From Desulfosoma sp. (GTDB lineage Bacteria > Desulfobacterota > Syntrophobacteria > Syntrophobacterales > DSM-9756), in NCBI GenBank assembly GCA_037481835.1, contig JBBFKW010000003.1, forward strand, positions 96,001 to 160,000: a stretch of DNA of 64,000 nucleotides, written 5' to 3'. A program made the translations under genes and the position numbers. Below the pieces are notes generated by a model that saw nothing but the letters and a program-made list of their open reading frames with translations, had not been told where the DNA came from and did no database searches. Each line of letters starts with the position of its first letter. Within the stretch, counting starts at the first letter, position 1. Shown piece by piece: positions 1-9,399 of this stretch.

Positions 1-66
1 GTGGACCGCCCCGTCTGGAAGGAGCTCAAGGAGCGATCCGCCGTTGCCAAAAAGGAGAGATCATGA
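1..66 (+). CDS. 3' end of a gene entering the window (VDRPVWKELKERSAVAKKERS*)
   Basis: Frame 1 is open from base 1 to TGA at 64-66 with protein-like composition. Product cannot be identified. Confidence 0.4.
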   Translation: MDRPVWKELKERSAVAKKERS

Positions 67-139
67 TAGCCAAGGGCTTCCTCGCTCCCAGTTCCCGGTG
101 TGTCGCGAGGTATTCTTACGGCGTGCAGAGGAAGCTCCC

Positions 140-466
140 ATGGAATGTCCTGCGCTCAGTCGGGTTTACGTCATCTTCAAACGGACCAGGTGCTGCATCC
201 GCATCTACACCGATCTGGACCGGGACGCCTTTCAAGCAGCTCTGGAAGAGTCCCTGGACAAAAAGAAAAGCCTTTTCCTTCACGTCTATCAGCCCAACGG
301 CAACGGGTTTGTTCGAAGCCACACGACGGTGACACCTTACGAAGTCCTGGTGGACTGCGTTTTCCATGTCCAGGAGGTATCGAAAAACGGCGACGATCCC
401 TGCACGGAAAAGGGGAAAGAAGCTCGTTTTCTGGAGCGGCTCTTTCGCGAGCACGGCCTCGCTTAG
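140..466 (+). CDS. hypothetical protein (~108 aa)
   Basis: Part of ORF 44..466. ATG at 140 is preceded by GAGG; globular-looking sequence. Start uncertain. Confidence 0.55.
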   Translation: MECPALSRVYVIFKRTRCCIRIYTDLDRDAFQAALEESLDKKKSLFLHVYQPNGNGFVRSHTTVTPYEVLVDCVFHVQEVSKNGDDPCTEKGKEARFLERLFREHGLA

Positions 467-717
467 GAACGGACCGAAGGACGGTTTGGCATAGCGGGCG
501 CGCTCACGATCTTTTGCGAGCGTTTTGCAGGGGTTTCGGCCTGGATGTCGGGGAAAACCGCTCCCACGGGTAGCAGATCTCGGGCAAGCTTTTTGCGGCG
601 GATGCATATCTCGGCCCGACTGCGCCGGCGGGGCGGCTTTTCACGTTCCGAAGGAAATATTGTTCCAGCCCCAGCGCCTTCGGAACCTTCCACGTTCCTT
701 TCGGCACAGGATGGCTC

Positions 718-1005
718 ATGAGCGCTCAAGAAGACGAAGGCGGCTTGAGGGAACGGATTGCGGCCCTGGAAAGGGAACGCGACCTCCTGCAGGAGCGCGT
801 CAAGGAATTGGAAGAGGCTCTCCAGGGGTGCTTGAGCCGGTCCCGGCACTGACTGGGGTGCGGCTTTGCCGACTGGTGGCTGGACGCCACACGGGTGCTC
901 ACCGAAAAGACCGGCGCGTTTCCCTTCAAGAAACCATCCTGCCCCGCGGTCGCTGAGATAGAAGAAGAAGGAAGTGAGCCCCGCCCGCCGGAGGAGCCTT
1001 CATGA
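718..1005 (+). CDS. candidate selenoprotein, 95 aa, N-terminal coiled coil plus UxxC motif (Sec at TGA 850-852)
   Basis: AGGA RBS 6 nt before ATG 718. The frame stays open for 50 codons after TGA 850-852 (H-U-L-G-C-G-F-A-D-W-W) and ends at TGA 1003-1005, overlapping ATG 1002 of the next gene. SECIS-like hairpin at 876-890. Confidence 0.65.
853..900 (+). promoter_or_regulatory. putative bacterial SECIS element
   Basis: Stem GTGGC/GCCAC (876-890) with loop TGGAC starting 28 nt after the UGA and G at loop position 2. Extendable by CTG/CGG and GGGTGC/GTGCTC pairing. Folded by eye. Confidence 0.45.
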
Positions 1006-2189
1006 AGGATCCGGAGCCGGCGTTCGGCTTTTTCATCGACGGAAAGCCCGTTGACGACGGCGCCCTGTCCCGTGCGCTCCCCATTGGGCTATCGGACGAT
1101 GCCCCGAAGATCGCCTACGCCCACTACTTCCAGGCATTGGCCGAAGCCCTGAGGGCAAGGAATTTCGAGCCCATTCGCCGAAGTCTCCAGGTGCTGACCG
1201 GAGAATCTTTCTTGCCCGATCGGATTCGCGACGTAAGAATCGACAGCGTGAAACACGGCGCGCTCTACCACGTGGCCAAGGTGACGGTCGACGTCAGCGG
1301 GCGCTCCTTTTCCATGGCCATGAATTCGGCCGTGCATCCCAAGCGCCAAGCGGCTCTCGAGCGCGAATGGACGACGCTGGAAAGCCTTTCAAAAACGGCA
1401 ACGGCGCCGTACGTGCCCAGAGGACTGTATCTGGGCGAAGGCTTGTGGCACGGCGCCTCCCGGGAAGCCAGTCCCTTTCGGTTTTTTCTCGCCCGGTGGT
1501 TCGACGGCTTTCATGAATGGCACCTGGAAAAAGGGCAGGGCGATCGTGTCGAAACCGTGAGGGTCTGGGACGGCTCAGCCGCGGGCCGCGAGCTCACCGA
1601 CGCGGAATCGTCGCAGCTCATGGAACAGGCGGCCTACATCCTCACTCTGGCGCTGGACAGGCAGGATTTCCGCCACATTCACCCATGGCACCACGCGGCG
1701 GGAGATTTTGTCGTCACGGTAGAAGGGCCCGCGGTCGCCGTGCGACTCATCGCCGCCAGAAACCTCAGGGTCCTGGTGCCTCCGGGGTCGGAACCCCATG
1801 AGCGCCTTTCCGCCGTGGCCGCCTTCTTTTTTGCCCTGACCTTTCGCCTCCGCCTGGATCGGGACCGCGGGACGGGCGATCTGGTCTGGGCCCCCGATCG
1901 CTGGCTTCCCGCCGTGGCAAGGGGCTTTCTCCGAGGCTGGACCGACGGGGCGCCGCCCCATGAGGCTTTTTCGACCGAGGACGTTCGGGCGGCCCTTGGG
2001 GCCTTCGGTGCCTCGGATTGGGAAACCGTAGGGGACCTTCTCGCGGACGATCTCATCGTGGACCCTGACGAAGAGCTCCTGGTGACCAGGCTTATCCCGG
2101 ATCATGCCCGCGATCTGCACCGCAGCCTTCGCTGGGATGACCTTTCGAGGTCGGTTGCGAAACAAAGCGTCGACGTCTTGAACTCTTAA
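1002..2189 (+). CDS. conserved-looking hypothetical protein, possible atypical kinase-like fold
   Basis: 395-aa ORF with GGAGGAG RBS. Motifs KHGALYH, EREW..L..L, VPR.Y and WHHAAGDFVV resemble a kinase-like arrangement (inference). Confidence 0.7.
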   Translation: MKDPEPAFGFFIDGKPVDDGALSRALPIGLSDDAPKIAYAHYFQALAEALRARNFEPIRRSLQVLTGESFLPDRIRDVRIDSVKHGALYHVAKVTVDVSGRSFSMAMNSAVHPKRQAALEREWTTLESLSKTATAPYVPRGLYLGEGLWHGASREASPFRFFLARWFDGFHEWHLEKGQGDRVETVRVWDGSAAGRELTDAESSQLMEQAAYILTLALDRQDFRHIHPWHHAAGDFVVTVEGPAVAVRLIAARNLRVLVPPGSEPHERLSAVAAFFFALTFRLRLDRDRGTGDLVWAPDRWLPAVARGFLRGWTDGAPPHEAFSTEDVRAALGAFGASDWETVGDLLADDLIVDPDEELLVTRLIPDHARDLHRSLRWDDLSRSVAKQSVDVLNS

Positions 2190-2225
2190 TGTGAAAGTCG
2201 CAGTTGTAATCCGGCAGGGCAGGAC

Positions 2226-2403
2226 TTTCATGGTTCGTTGTCTTGCCGGATATTGATCTGGGTTGGGGTTCGCTCCGCTCACCCCAACCTACGAGTTTAT
2301 TGAACATTTTGGGCCGCCGACTGTAGGTTGGGGTGAGCGCAGCGAACCCCAACAAAAACCGGGCATACGCTCGCACGTCTCGGTCTCACAACGAAGGATG
2401 AAA
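2226..2403. repeat. 16-bp inverted repeats enclosing a GTAG-type REP doublet
   Basis: TTTCATGGTTCGTTGT (2226-2241) versus ACAACGAAGGATGAAA (2388-2403), 14/16 inverted match. REP copies at 2262-2292 (reverse) and 2323-2353 (forward) with a 30-bp spacer. Confidence 0.8.
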
Positions 2404-2415
2404 CTCGAACCCCTG

Positions 2416-2431
2416 GAGCTTGTCCGAGAAT
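2416..2431 (+). mobile_element. orphan left end of the CTAG-targeting MITE family
   Basis: GAGCTTGTCCGAGAAT is identical to the left ends at 15317 and 59270. No matching right end found. Confidence 0.55.
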
Positions 2432-2541
2432 CCTTTACATGAAAGTCTCTGTAACATACCGTAACTACGGACTTTCATTCTTCGTTGTCACAGGCGGCCC
2501 GCCATGGGGGTCAATGTGAAAGAATGGCGCTCTCGGCGTCT

Positions 2542-2593
2542 TGTAGGAGCGGCCTTGGCAGCGAACCGCATCGCCGGGGAGCCGGCTCCTACA
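2542..2593. repeat. second GTAG-type REP doublet (TGTAGGAGCGGC...GCCGGCTCCTACA)
   Basis: Terminal inverted repeat TGTAGGAGC/GCTCCTACA; resembles GTAG-family REPINs. Confidence 0.65.
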
Positions 2594-2677
2594 GGGAAAA
2601 CCCTCGCTTGTCGACATCTTTCATCAATGCGGCGTGGCGAGCCTCGCCATGACCGTTAGGGGGCTGATGGTGGGGCA

Positions 2678-3283
2678 ATGGCGGAACTGATCGATTTTAC
2701 GGAAAGAAAGAAGGCCTCCACGTTGATTGCCGCCCGACCCGTGGAATTCCGCTGGGGGGAATGGGCCTCTGGAACGGCGTGGTTGTGTGCGCGAAAGGAA
2801 TCGGAAAAGTTCGAGGCGCACCGCATCGAAGCCCGCCGACTCCCCGGCCATTCCCACATCCAGTGGCTGCCCAACCATGTGAAACTGGACGGCGGCAGCC
2901 ACTATACGGTCAGGGCCCTCTTTCGGTACAGGAACGACGAAGGCGCCATGCGCCGCATCTACCGGCTGGCGGGCATGATGGAATGCGTAACGCGCGGCGT
3001 CTCCCCCGTGCTCCGCTCGGACCTGCTGCGCCGCATCTACGACGCCATCCTGGAAGAACGCAAAGCCCTCCACGTGGTCTGGCGGGGTTCCGTGGACCGG
3101 TTTCTTCTCCCCCTCTACCTCCACCACGGCGTCGTCGAACGCCTGCTCGCCCGCCTCGTGCCGGTGGAGAGCCTGAAGGAGCTTTTCGCCGTGATCGACC
3201 AGGAAACCGCCGTCCAATTCGATCTGCTCGCCTCGGACTACGTCATTTACGTCCCCATAGGGTTCGGCTTTCCGGAAGACTGA
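2678..3283 (+). CDS. hypothetical protein (201 aa)
   Basis: Long ORF with typical GC3-rich codons; no family recognised. Confidence 0.75.
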   Translation: MAELIDFTERKKASTLIAARPVEFRWGEWASGTAWLCARKESEKFEAHRIEARRLPGHSHIQWLPNHVKLDGGSHYTVRALFRYRNDEGAMRRIYRLAGMMECVTRGVSPVLRSDLLRRIYDAILEERKALHVVWRGSVDRFLLPLYLHHGVVERLLARLVPVESLKELFAVIDQETAVQFDLLASDYVIYVPIGFGFPED

Positions 3284-3347
3284 AAATTCGGCCCGCCGCG
3301 CCCTCCTTTTTTCCGGAACCCGGCGGGGAAGGGCCCAGGGGGACTAG

Positions 3348-3465
3348 GAGGCTGTCCGAGAATGGCATATTCCTGGGAGCGCGGGCGTCTCGCCCGCTTC
3401 TCGTGCGGGCCGGAGGCCCGCGCTCCCAGGAGAAGAGGCCTTCGGGTTCGTTCTCAGACAGCCTC
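3348..3465. mobile_element. 118-bp MITE (type A) carrying a GC-rich REP-like hairpin
   Basis: TIRs GAGGCTGTCCGAGAAT...GTTCTCAGACAGCCTC, flanked by CTAG (3344-3347) and CCAG. Near-identical copy at 13919-14036. Confidence 0.85.
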
Positions 3466-3634
3466 CCAGGATGGACTCCGGCGGCTTCAAAACCTCATGA
3501 AACCGCCGCAGGGGGGCTCCGGAGGGTTGAAGCATCGTTTATGCGGCCGAGGAGGGCTTCACCCTGCCTTGCGAAAGAGCTCGGGGCGGCGGATGCCGGG
3601 GCGGGCGCGGAGCCGACGCACAAGGGAGAAGGGG

Positions 3635-4612
3635 ATGGGAGATCGTTACTGCATCGGGATCGATATCGGCGGAACTTACATCAAGATGGGGCTTTTCGAC
3701 GCGGAAGGCGGACGGCATGCCTTTGACCGCACGCCCTCCAACGCCGCCGGGCCCCCCGAGGCCCTGCTCGAAGCCCTCATCCGGGCATGCCGGGGCCTCA
3801 TGGGAAAGGCCCGACTTCAATCCGGCCGCGTTGTCGCCGTGGGCTTGGGTGTGGCGGGCAAGCTGGATACCAGTGCAGGCCGCGTGGTTTTTTCTCCGAA
3901 CCTTCCCAACATGTCCGGGTTTCCCCTGACCCCAAGGCTCCAAGAGGCTCTCCAGATTCCCGTTTTCATGGAAAACGACGCCAACGTGTTCGGCCTTGGA
4001 GAAGCCTGGGTCGGCCAAGGCCGAAAGATGCCCAATTGGATCGGGGTCACTTTGGGCACGGGAGTCGGCGGCTGCCTCATCGCCGACGGGGCGCTCTGGG
4101 TGGGGGACCGTTTGGGTTTTGCCGGCGAAATCGGCCACATGATCGTGGATCCGTCGGGGCCGCCGTGCGCCTGCGGCCAAACCGGCTGCCTGGAAGCCCA
4201 TGCCTCGGGATCGGCCCTCATCCGGGGCATGGCCCATGCCTTGAACGCCGGGGAGCCGATCCCGGAGCGGATTGCGGACGCTCTGCGCACGGGATCCCTC
4301 ACACCCGAAGATGTCTACCGGGCCGCGGATTCCGGAGACCCCATCGCGCGACGCCTGTTCCGGCGCATGGGATGGGCTTTGGGGCTGGCCCTGGCGAACC
4401 TTTTCACGTTTCTCGGCATTGAGTCGGCCGTTATCGGAGGCGGGGTGAGCCAATCCTGGGATCAATTCCATCCCCACATGATGGAAACCCTTCGGACCGT
4501 TCCCAAGATGCTCGACCCCGACGGCATCCACATCTTTCGGACCGGACTCGGGCCCCTGGCGCCCTTGTACGGCGCGGCGCGCTTGGCTTGGACGGCCCTG
4601 GATCAGTCCTAA
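3635..4612 (+). CDS. ROK family sugar kinase (glucokinase-like)
   Basis: GIDIGGT, ENDAN, GTGVGG, GEIGH and CACGQTGCLE motifs. The upstream ORF extension runs through the MITE, so the start is placed at ATG 3635. Confidence 0.9.
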   Translation: MGDRYCIGIDIGGTYIKMGLFDAEGGRHAFDRTPSNAAGPPEALLEALIRACRGLMGKARLQSGRVVAVGLGVAGKLDTSAGRVVFSPNLPNMSGFPLTPRLQEALQIPVFMENDANVFGLGEAWVGQGRKMPNWIGVTLGTGVGGCLIADGALWVGDRLGFAGEIGHMIVDPSGPPCACGQTGCLEAHASGSALIRGMAHALNAGEPIPERIADALRTGSLTPEDVYRAADSGDPIARRLFRRMGWALGLALANLFTFLGIESAVIGGGVSQSWDQFHPHMMETLRTVPKMLDPDGIHIFRTGLGPLAPLYGAARLAWTALDQS

Positions 4613-5604
4613 CCGCCGATGGAGGTCATGGGGCGGGAGACGCACTTGCGGCGCGGAAGAGATCCCTCGTTCAGGCGGTGTTTTTCCGGTTTCGATTGGA
4701 TGGCTTGAAGGATGAGGCGGGCGATGTCCGCATCGGACGCCCCGTTTCGCAAAAGGCGCCGCAAATCCACATCGCGCTCGGCGAAAAGGCAGGTCCTCAA
4801 GGATCCCTCCGCCGTGATCCGCAGCCGATTGCACGTCGGGCAGAAATGATGGCTCATGGGACTTATGAGGCCGATCTTTCCCGGCGCTCCAGGAAACTGA
4901 TAATAGCGCGCGGGGCCGTTGCCGTTGTGCGAACTGCAGGGGATGATCGGTCCGACGGAGGCGATTTTCTCCATGACGAGATCCGAGGGCAGATAGCGTT
5001 CTTTGTAAGAATCCGGCCGGAAGGGCATGAGTTCGATAAAGCGCACATGAAAGGGATAGGCCAGGGTCAGTCGAGCCAGGGCTTCGATTTCGTCCTCGTT
5101 GACTCCCTTCATGGCGACGACGTTGATCTTTACGGGAGAAAATCCCCGATCCAGCGCCGCGCAGAGGCCCCGCCACACCGCATCGAAAGCGTCGACTCCG
5201 GTGATGGCGGCATATTTTCGGGGCTGCAGGGTATCCAGGCTCACATTGATGCGCCGAATCCCCGCATCCCAAAGGTCCTTGGCCATGCATTCCAAGAGCA
5301 GCCCGTTGGTGGTCACACTGACGTCGTCCACCCCTGAAACGGCGCACAGGCGCTTCAAAAAGGACACGATGCCCTTGCGCACGAAGGGCTCCCCGCCGGT
5401 CACCCGCACTTTACGGATGCCGAGCCCCGTCGTGATGCGCACGAGACGCAGGAGTTCCTCGTAACGCAGGATGGCTTCATGGGGCAGAAACTGGAAGCCC
5501 CCGGCCGGCATGCAGTAGGTGCAGCGCAGATTGCACCGGTCGGTGACGGAAAGCCTCAGGTAATCCACTTGCCGCTGATAGCCGTCTACGAGCCCTTGGG
5601 CCAT
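4609..5604 (-). CDS. moaA: GTP 3',8-cyclase (molybdenum cofactor biosynthesis)
   Basis: [17 protein letters not shown] radical SAM motif, [10 protein letters not shown]-terminal MTSIGG. Confidence 0.95.
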   Translation of the reverse strand: MAQGLVDGYQRQVDYLRLSVTDRCNLRCTYCMPAGGFQFLPHEAILRYEELLRLVRITTGLGIRKVRVTGGEPFVRKGIVSFLKRLCAVSGVDDVSVTTNGLLLECMAKDLWDAGIRRINVSLDTLQPRKYAAITGVDAFDAVWRGLCAALDRGFSPVKINVVAMKGVNEDEIEALARLTLAYPFHVRFIELMPFRPDSYKERYLPSDLVMEKIASVGPIIPCSSHNGNGPARYYQFPGAPGKIGLISPMSHHFCPTCNRLRITAEGSLRTCLFAERDVDLRRLLRNGASDADIARLILQAIQSKPEKHRLNEGSLPRRKCVSRPMTSIGG

Positions 5605-5885
5605 GGCACGCCGTCCTTGCGCCTTGGGATTTTCCCGCACGGACACTTTGTGCCTTTTTAAGATCCGCCCCATCGTTATGTCAAGATGAGAATAGCGCAA
5701 ACATCCCTTGGTCGCTTTGGGCCTTCGGTGCTATGATGCGCCGGTCCTTCGGCCTGGAACTCCCATGGCAGTGCTGTTCATCAAAGACGTGGGGGTCCTC
5801 GGCGTGGGGACCGTCGGGTGGGCGCAAAAACCGGGAACAGGAACGGAATCTCTTGGGGGAATGTCCGGAAAGGGAGGCAGCGGCC

Positions 5886-6908
5886 ATGCAAGGGAAAAAA
5901 GTGGGCGTGACGGTGACCGAGCATCTTCTTCGTCAGCAGCGGTTGACGCCGCAGGCGACAGGCGCTTTTACGCTTCTTTTCAATGAACTGGTGGTTGCCG
6001 CAAAACTCATCAACCGGGAACTGAACAAGGCGGGGCTGAACGACATTTACGGGTTTACGGGCGAAACCAACGTCTACGGAGAGCAGGTCCAGAAGCTGGA
6101 CGATTTCGCCCACCGGGTTTTGGTGCGGCGTTTGAGCCAATCGGAGCAGCTGTGCGCCATCGCCTCGGAAGAAGATGCGGACATCATCGAGATTCCGTCC
6201 AACGTTCCCCGAGGCCCCTATATCTTGCTCATGGACCCCTTGGACGGCTCGTCCAACATTGACGTCAATGTGAGCGTCGGGACCATTTTTTCCATCCGGC
6301 GCCGGATTCGGGAGACGGGCCCCGTGACGCTGGATGAGGTGTTGCGCAAAGGTTCCGAGCAGGTGGCCGCCGGCTATTTCATCTATGGGTCGAGCACCAT
6401 GCTCGTCTACACCACCGGGCAGGGCGTCCATGGTTTCACCCTGCATCCGGCTTTGGGCGAGTTTTTCCTCAGCCACGAAAACATTCGTATCCCCAGCCGG
6501 GGGAAAATCCTGAGCGTCAATGAAGGCAACTACAATTATTGGGACGAGGGGGTTCGGCGTTACGTGGATTACCTCAAGACGCCCGACGTGGAAAAAGGCA
6601 GACCCTACACCGCGCGCTACATCGGTTCATTGGTGAGCGACTTCCACCGCAACCTTCTCAAGGGCGGCATCTTCATGTACCCGGCCGATCGCAAAGATCC
6701 CAAAAAACCTTCCGGCAAACTCCGTCTCATGTTCGAAGCGGCTCCCATGGCCATGGTGGTGGAACAGGCCGGCGGCGCGGCAACGGACGGTCAGCGCCGC
6801 ATTTTGGACATCGAACCCGAAAGCCTCCACGACCGGGTGCCTCTCTTCGTGGGCAGCCGGGAAGATGTGGACGAGGCGGGTCGATTCCTCCGGGGGGAAA
6901 CGGCATAG
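5886..6908 (+). CDS. fbp: class 1 fructose-1,6-bisphosphatase
   Basis: [22 protein letters not shown] and GKLRLMFE motifs. Confidence 0.95.
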   Translation: MQGKKVGVTVTEHLLRQQRLTPQATGAFTLLFNELVVAAKLINRELNKAGLNDIYGFTGETNVYGEQVQKLDDFAHRVLVRRLSQSEQLCAIASEEDADIIEIPSNVPRGPYILLMDPLDGSSNIDVNVSVGTIFSIRRRIRETGPVTLDEVLRKGSEQVAAGYFIYGSSTMLVYTTGQGVHGFTLHPALGEFFLSHENIRIPSRGKILSVNEGNYNYWDEGVRRYVDYLKTPDVEKGRPYTARYIGSLVSDFHRNLLKGGIFMYPADRKDPKKPSGKLRLMFEAAPMAMVVEQAGGAATDGQRRILDIEPESLHDRVPLFVGSREDVDEAGRFLRGETA

Positions 6909-6932
6909 GCCGTACTGTCAGAGCGACGACGC

Positions 6933-7967
6933 ATGCTCATTCTCGGCATCGAAACCTCGTGTGACGAAACGGCGGCGGCCGTGGTCCGAAACGGCCGGGA
7001 AATCCTTTCCGACGTGGTCGCAAGCCAGATCGCCGTGCACAGCCCCTACGGGGGCGTGGTGCCGGAGCTCGCTTCGCGAAAGCATGTGGAAAACATCCTG
7101 GCGGTGATGGCCGAGGCCCTGCGCGCCGCGGGGATCGGGCTCCGGGACGTGGACGCCCTGGCCGTGACCCAGGGCCCGGGCCTCATCGGAGCCCTCCTCG
7201 TGGGGCTCAGTGCGGCCAAAGGGCTGGCCTACGCTCTGAAAAAACCCGTCTGCGCGGTCAACCACCTGGAAGGGCACATGGAAGCCGCCTTTGTGGAGGC
7301 GGAGCGGCCGGACGAGCCCTTCGTCTGTCTGGTGGTGTCCGGAGGCCATACGGCGTTGTATTACGTGGCTCCCGACGGAACGTCCCGATGCGTGGGATCG
7401 ACTCGAGACGACGCGGCCGGCGAAGCCTACGACAAGGTGGCCAAGCTGCTGGGACTGGGATACCCCGGCGGGGTCGTCATCGATCGGCTTGCGCAAAACG
7501 GAAATCCCGAGGCTTTTTCCTTTCCGAAGGCTTACTTGGAAAAGGGGTCCTTGGATTTCAGTTTCAGCGGAATCAAGACGGCGGTGGCCTACTTTGTGAA
7601 AAGGTACGGATCGCCGTCAGACACTTCCACGGTTGCGACGTATCGGCTGGAAGATCTGGCGGCCAGCTTCCAGGAAGCCGTGGTGGACGTGCTGGTGGAA
7701 AAGACCATGCAGGCCGTGGAACGCTTCGGCGTGCGCCACGTGGCCGTGGCGGGAGGGGTTGCGGCCAACAGCCGTTTGCGCGCGCGGCTCAACGAGGAGG
7801 CGGCCTATCGCCGCCTCCGCCTCTACATTCCCGGCATCCGCTATTGTACGGACAATGCCGTCATGATCGCCATGGCCGGGTACCGGATCTGGAAGCGGTG
7901 CGGCTTTCATCCCGACCCCTTGCAGTTGGACGCCCGCTCCCGCTGGGTGAACGCGGCCGGTCCATGA
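6933..7967 (+). CDS. tsaD: tRNA N6-threonylcarbamoyltransferase
   Basis: LGIETSCDET, GGVVPELASRKH, HLEGH, SGGHT and CTDNAVMIA motifs. Confidence 0.96.
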   Translation: MLILGIETSCDETAAAVVRNGREILSDVVASQIAVHSPYGGVVPELASRKHVENILAVMAEALRAAGIGLRDVDALAVTQGPGLIGALLVGLSAAKGLAYALKKPVCAVNHLEGHMEAAFVEAERPDEPFVCLVVSGGHTALYYVAPDGTSRCVGSTRDDAAGEAYDKVAKLLGLGYPGGVVIDRLAQNGNPEAFSFPKAYLEKGSLDFSFSGIKTAVAYFVKRYGSPSDTSTVATYRLEDLAASFQEAVVDVLVEKTMQAVERFGVRHVAVAGGVAANSRLRARLNEEAAYRRLRLYIPGIRYCTDNAVMIAMAGYRIWKRCGFHPDPLQLDARSRWVNAAGP

Positions 7968-8836
7968 TAGGCTTTATCTCTCCGCAGGAATACTTTCGAC
8001 TCCACGGCGGGCGCCCTCGAAAACACCTGGGGCAACACTTTCTCACACAACCCAAGACGGCGGAAAAGATCGTCCAAGCGGCGACCCTCGCCCCGGACGA
8101 CGTCGTCGTGGAAGTGGGGCCGGGCCTGGGCATGCTCACGGCCTTTCTCCTGGAGGCGTGTGCTGCGGTGCACCTGGTGGAAATCGATCCCCAATTGGCC
8201 GATTTCCTTCAAGAGGCGGTGAGCGGCCGTGGCGGGACCGTGCGTGTGCACCGGCAGGACATCCTTGAGTTCGACTGGGACGGCGCGGCCCGCGAAGCCG
8301 GTCGCCGACTCGTCGTCGTGGGAAACCTCCCGTACCAGATCAGTTCGCCGCTCCTGTTCCGAATCCTTGAAAACCGACACGCAATCCACCACGGCGTTTT
8401 CATGGTCCAAAGGGAAGTGGGCCGCCGGTTCGCCGCCGAACCGGGGTCGGGCGACTACGGGGTCCTCTCGGTGCTCCTTCGCCTCTATGGGACGGTGCGA
8501 CCCGTTTTGTCCGTGGGCCCGGGCCAGTTCTATCCGCCGCCCAAGGTGGATTCCCTGGTTGTGCGAGTGGATTTCCCTGAAGAGCGCAGCGATGTGGAAG
8601 GCGTGGATTTCCAGTGGATCCGCCAAGTGGTGAATGCGGCGTTTCAAAAGAGGCGAAAGACCGTGGCCAATTCCCTGACCGGGTTCCACGGCCTCGGTGC
8701 CGCCGGGGTGAAGGCCGTTCTTCACGCGGCGGGCATCGATCCCACCCTGAGGCCGGAAGCCTTAGGCCCCGAAGCTTTTGCGTCTTTGGCCCGGACCCTT
8801 AAGACAACAATTTCTTCGTCCCATAAAGCGGTGTGA
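7964..8836 (+). CDS. rsmA: 16S rRNA adenine dimethyltransferase
   Basis: KHLGQHFL, EVGPGLG, GNLPYQISS and FYPPPKVDS motifs; ATGA overlap with tsaD. Confidence 0.93.
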   Translation: MIGFISPQEYFRLHGGRPRKHLGQHFLTQPKTAEKIVQAATLAPDDVVVEVGPGLGMLTAFLLEACAAVHLVEIDPQLADFLQEAVSGRGGTVRVHRQDILEFDWDGAAREAGRRLVVVGNLPYQISSPLLFRILENRHAIHHGVFMVQREVGRRFAAEPGSGDYGVLSVLLRLYGTVRPVLSVGPGQFYPPPKVDSLVVRVDFPEERSDVEGVDFQWIRQVVNAAFQKRRKTVANSLTGFHGLGAAGVKAVLHAAGIDPTLRPEALGPEAFASLARTLKTTISSSHKAV

Positions 8837-8846
8837 GGTTCGTCCA

Positions 8847-9230
8847 GTGGCCGAAAAGAAAAGTGTGGACAAAGTGGACGTGACTCTCCTCGATGACGAT
8901 TGTCCGGCTCCGCCGGTCCCGGACGGTGTCCTCATCAACGAGATTCAATTGCTGCTGGCGGAAAAACGCACCTACTTGGCCTTTCTGCGGACGGGCATCG
9001 CCATTCTCGCCTTGCCCTTGAGCCTTATCAGTTTTCTTATTGCCACGTCGCAGCATTATCGGGTGATCCAGGTCTGGCCTTTGTTGGCGCCCTTGCTGGG
9101 TGCGTGCGTGGCCTTGGCGGTCTTTGGGATCCTGATGATTCGGTCGGCGGTGCAGAAAATTCGACATGCGGAAAACCTCATCCGGAAACTCAAGCAAAAA
9201 AGCTCCGTCATCGCCGAATTCATCCAATAG
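8847..9230 (+). CDS. DUF202 (YidH-like) membrane protein
   Basis: LAEKRTYLAFLRTG motif followed by two hydrophobic helices; GTG start after GAGG. Confidence 0.75.
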   Translation: MAEKKSVDKVDVTLLDDDCPAPPVPDGVLINEIQLLLAEKRTYLAFLRTGIAILALPLSLISFLIATSQHYRVIQVWPLLAPLLGACVALAVFGILMIRSAVQKIRHAENLIRKLKQKSSVIAEFIQ

Positions 9231-9323
9231 GAACGGAAAACCTCCGCGCGCCACGCTCCCCATTGACATTGACCTCCGAGCTTGATAGGGAAGCTGCGCA
9301 TCCTTGGGGGATGCGGGCACACG

Positions 9324-9352
9324 CCGCTTGGATCCGAGAAGGACCGAGACGG
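9324..9352 (+). promoter_or_regulatory. pan RNA motif-like hairpin upstream of panC
   Basis: CCG-CTTGG-A-TCC[GAGAA]GGA-CCGAG-A-CGG forms a stem-loop with one bulged A on each strand, in the 5' leader of pantothenate genes. Confidence 0.7.
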
Positions 9353-9399
9353 ACAGGGCTGCCGAAGGGCTGAGTTGTGCGGGAGATGGGTTGTTCGGG

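Noticed and set aside
162..168. GGGTTTA slippery heptamer joining ORF 63 to the downstream frame
   Set aside because: The heptamer is not in the X XXY YYZ phase for the ORF starting at 63.
718..852. 44-aa ZapB-like coiled-coil gene ending at TGA 852
   Set aside because: No zapA follows. The open frame, UxxC motif and ATGA coupling at 1002-1005 are better explained by read-through, though a true stop is not excluded.
3362..3634. N-terminal extension of the ROK kinase in the ORF track
   Set aside because: It begins inside a MITE, and the same peptide appears in ORF translations crossing the 13919 copy. The real start is ATG 3635.
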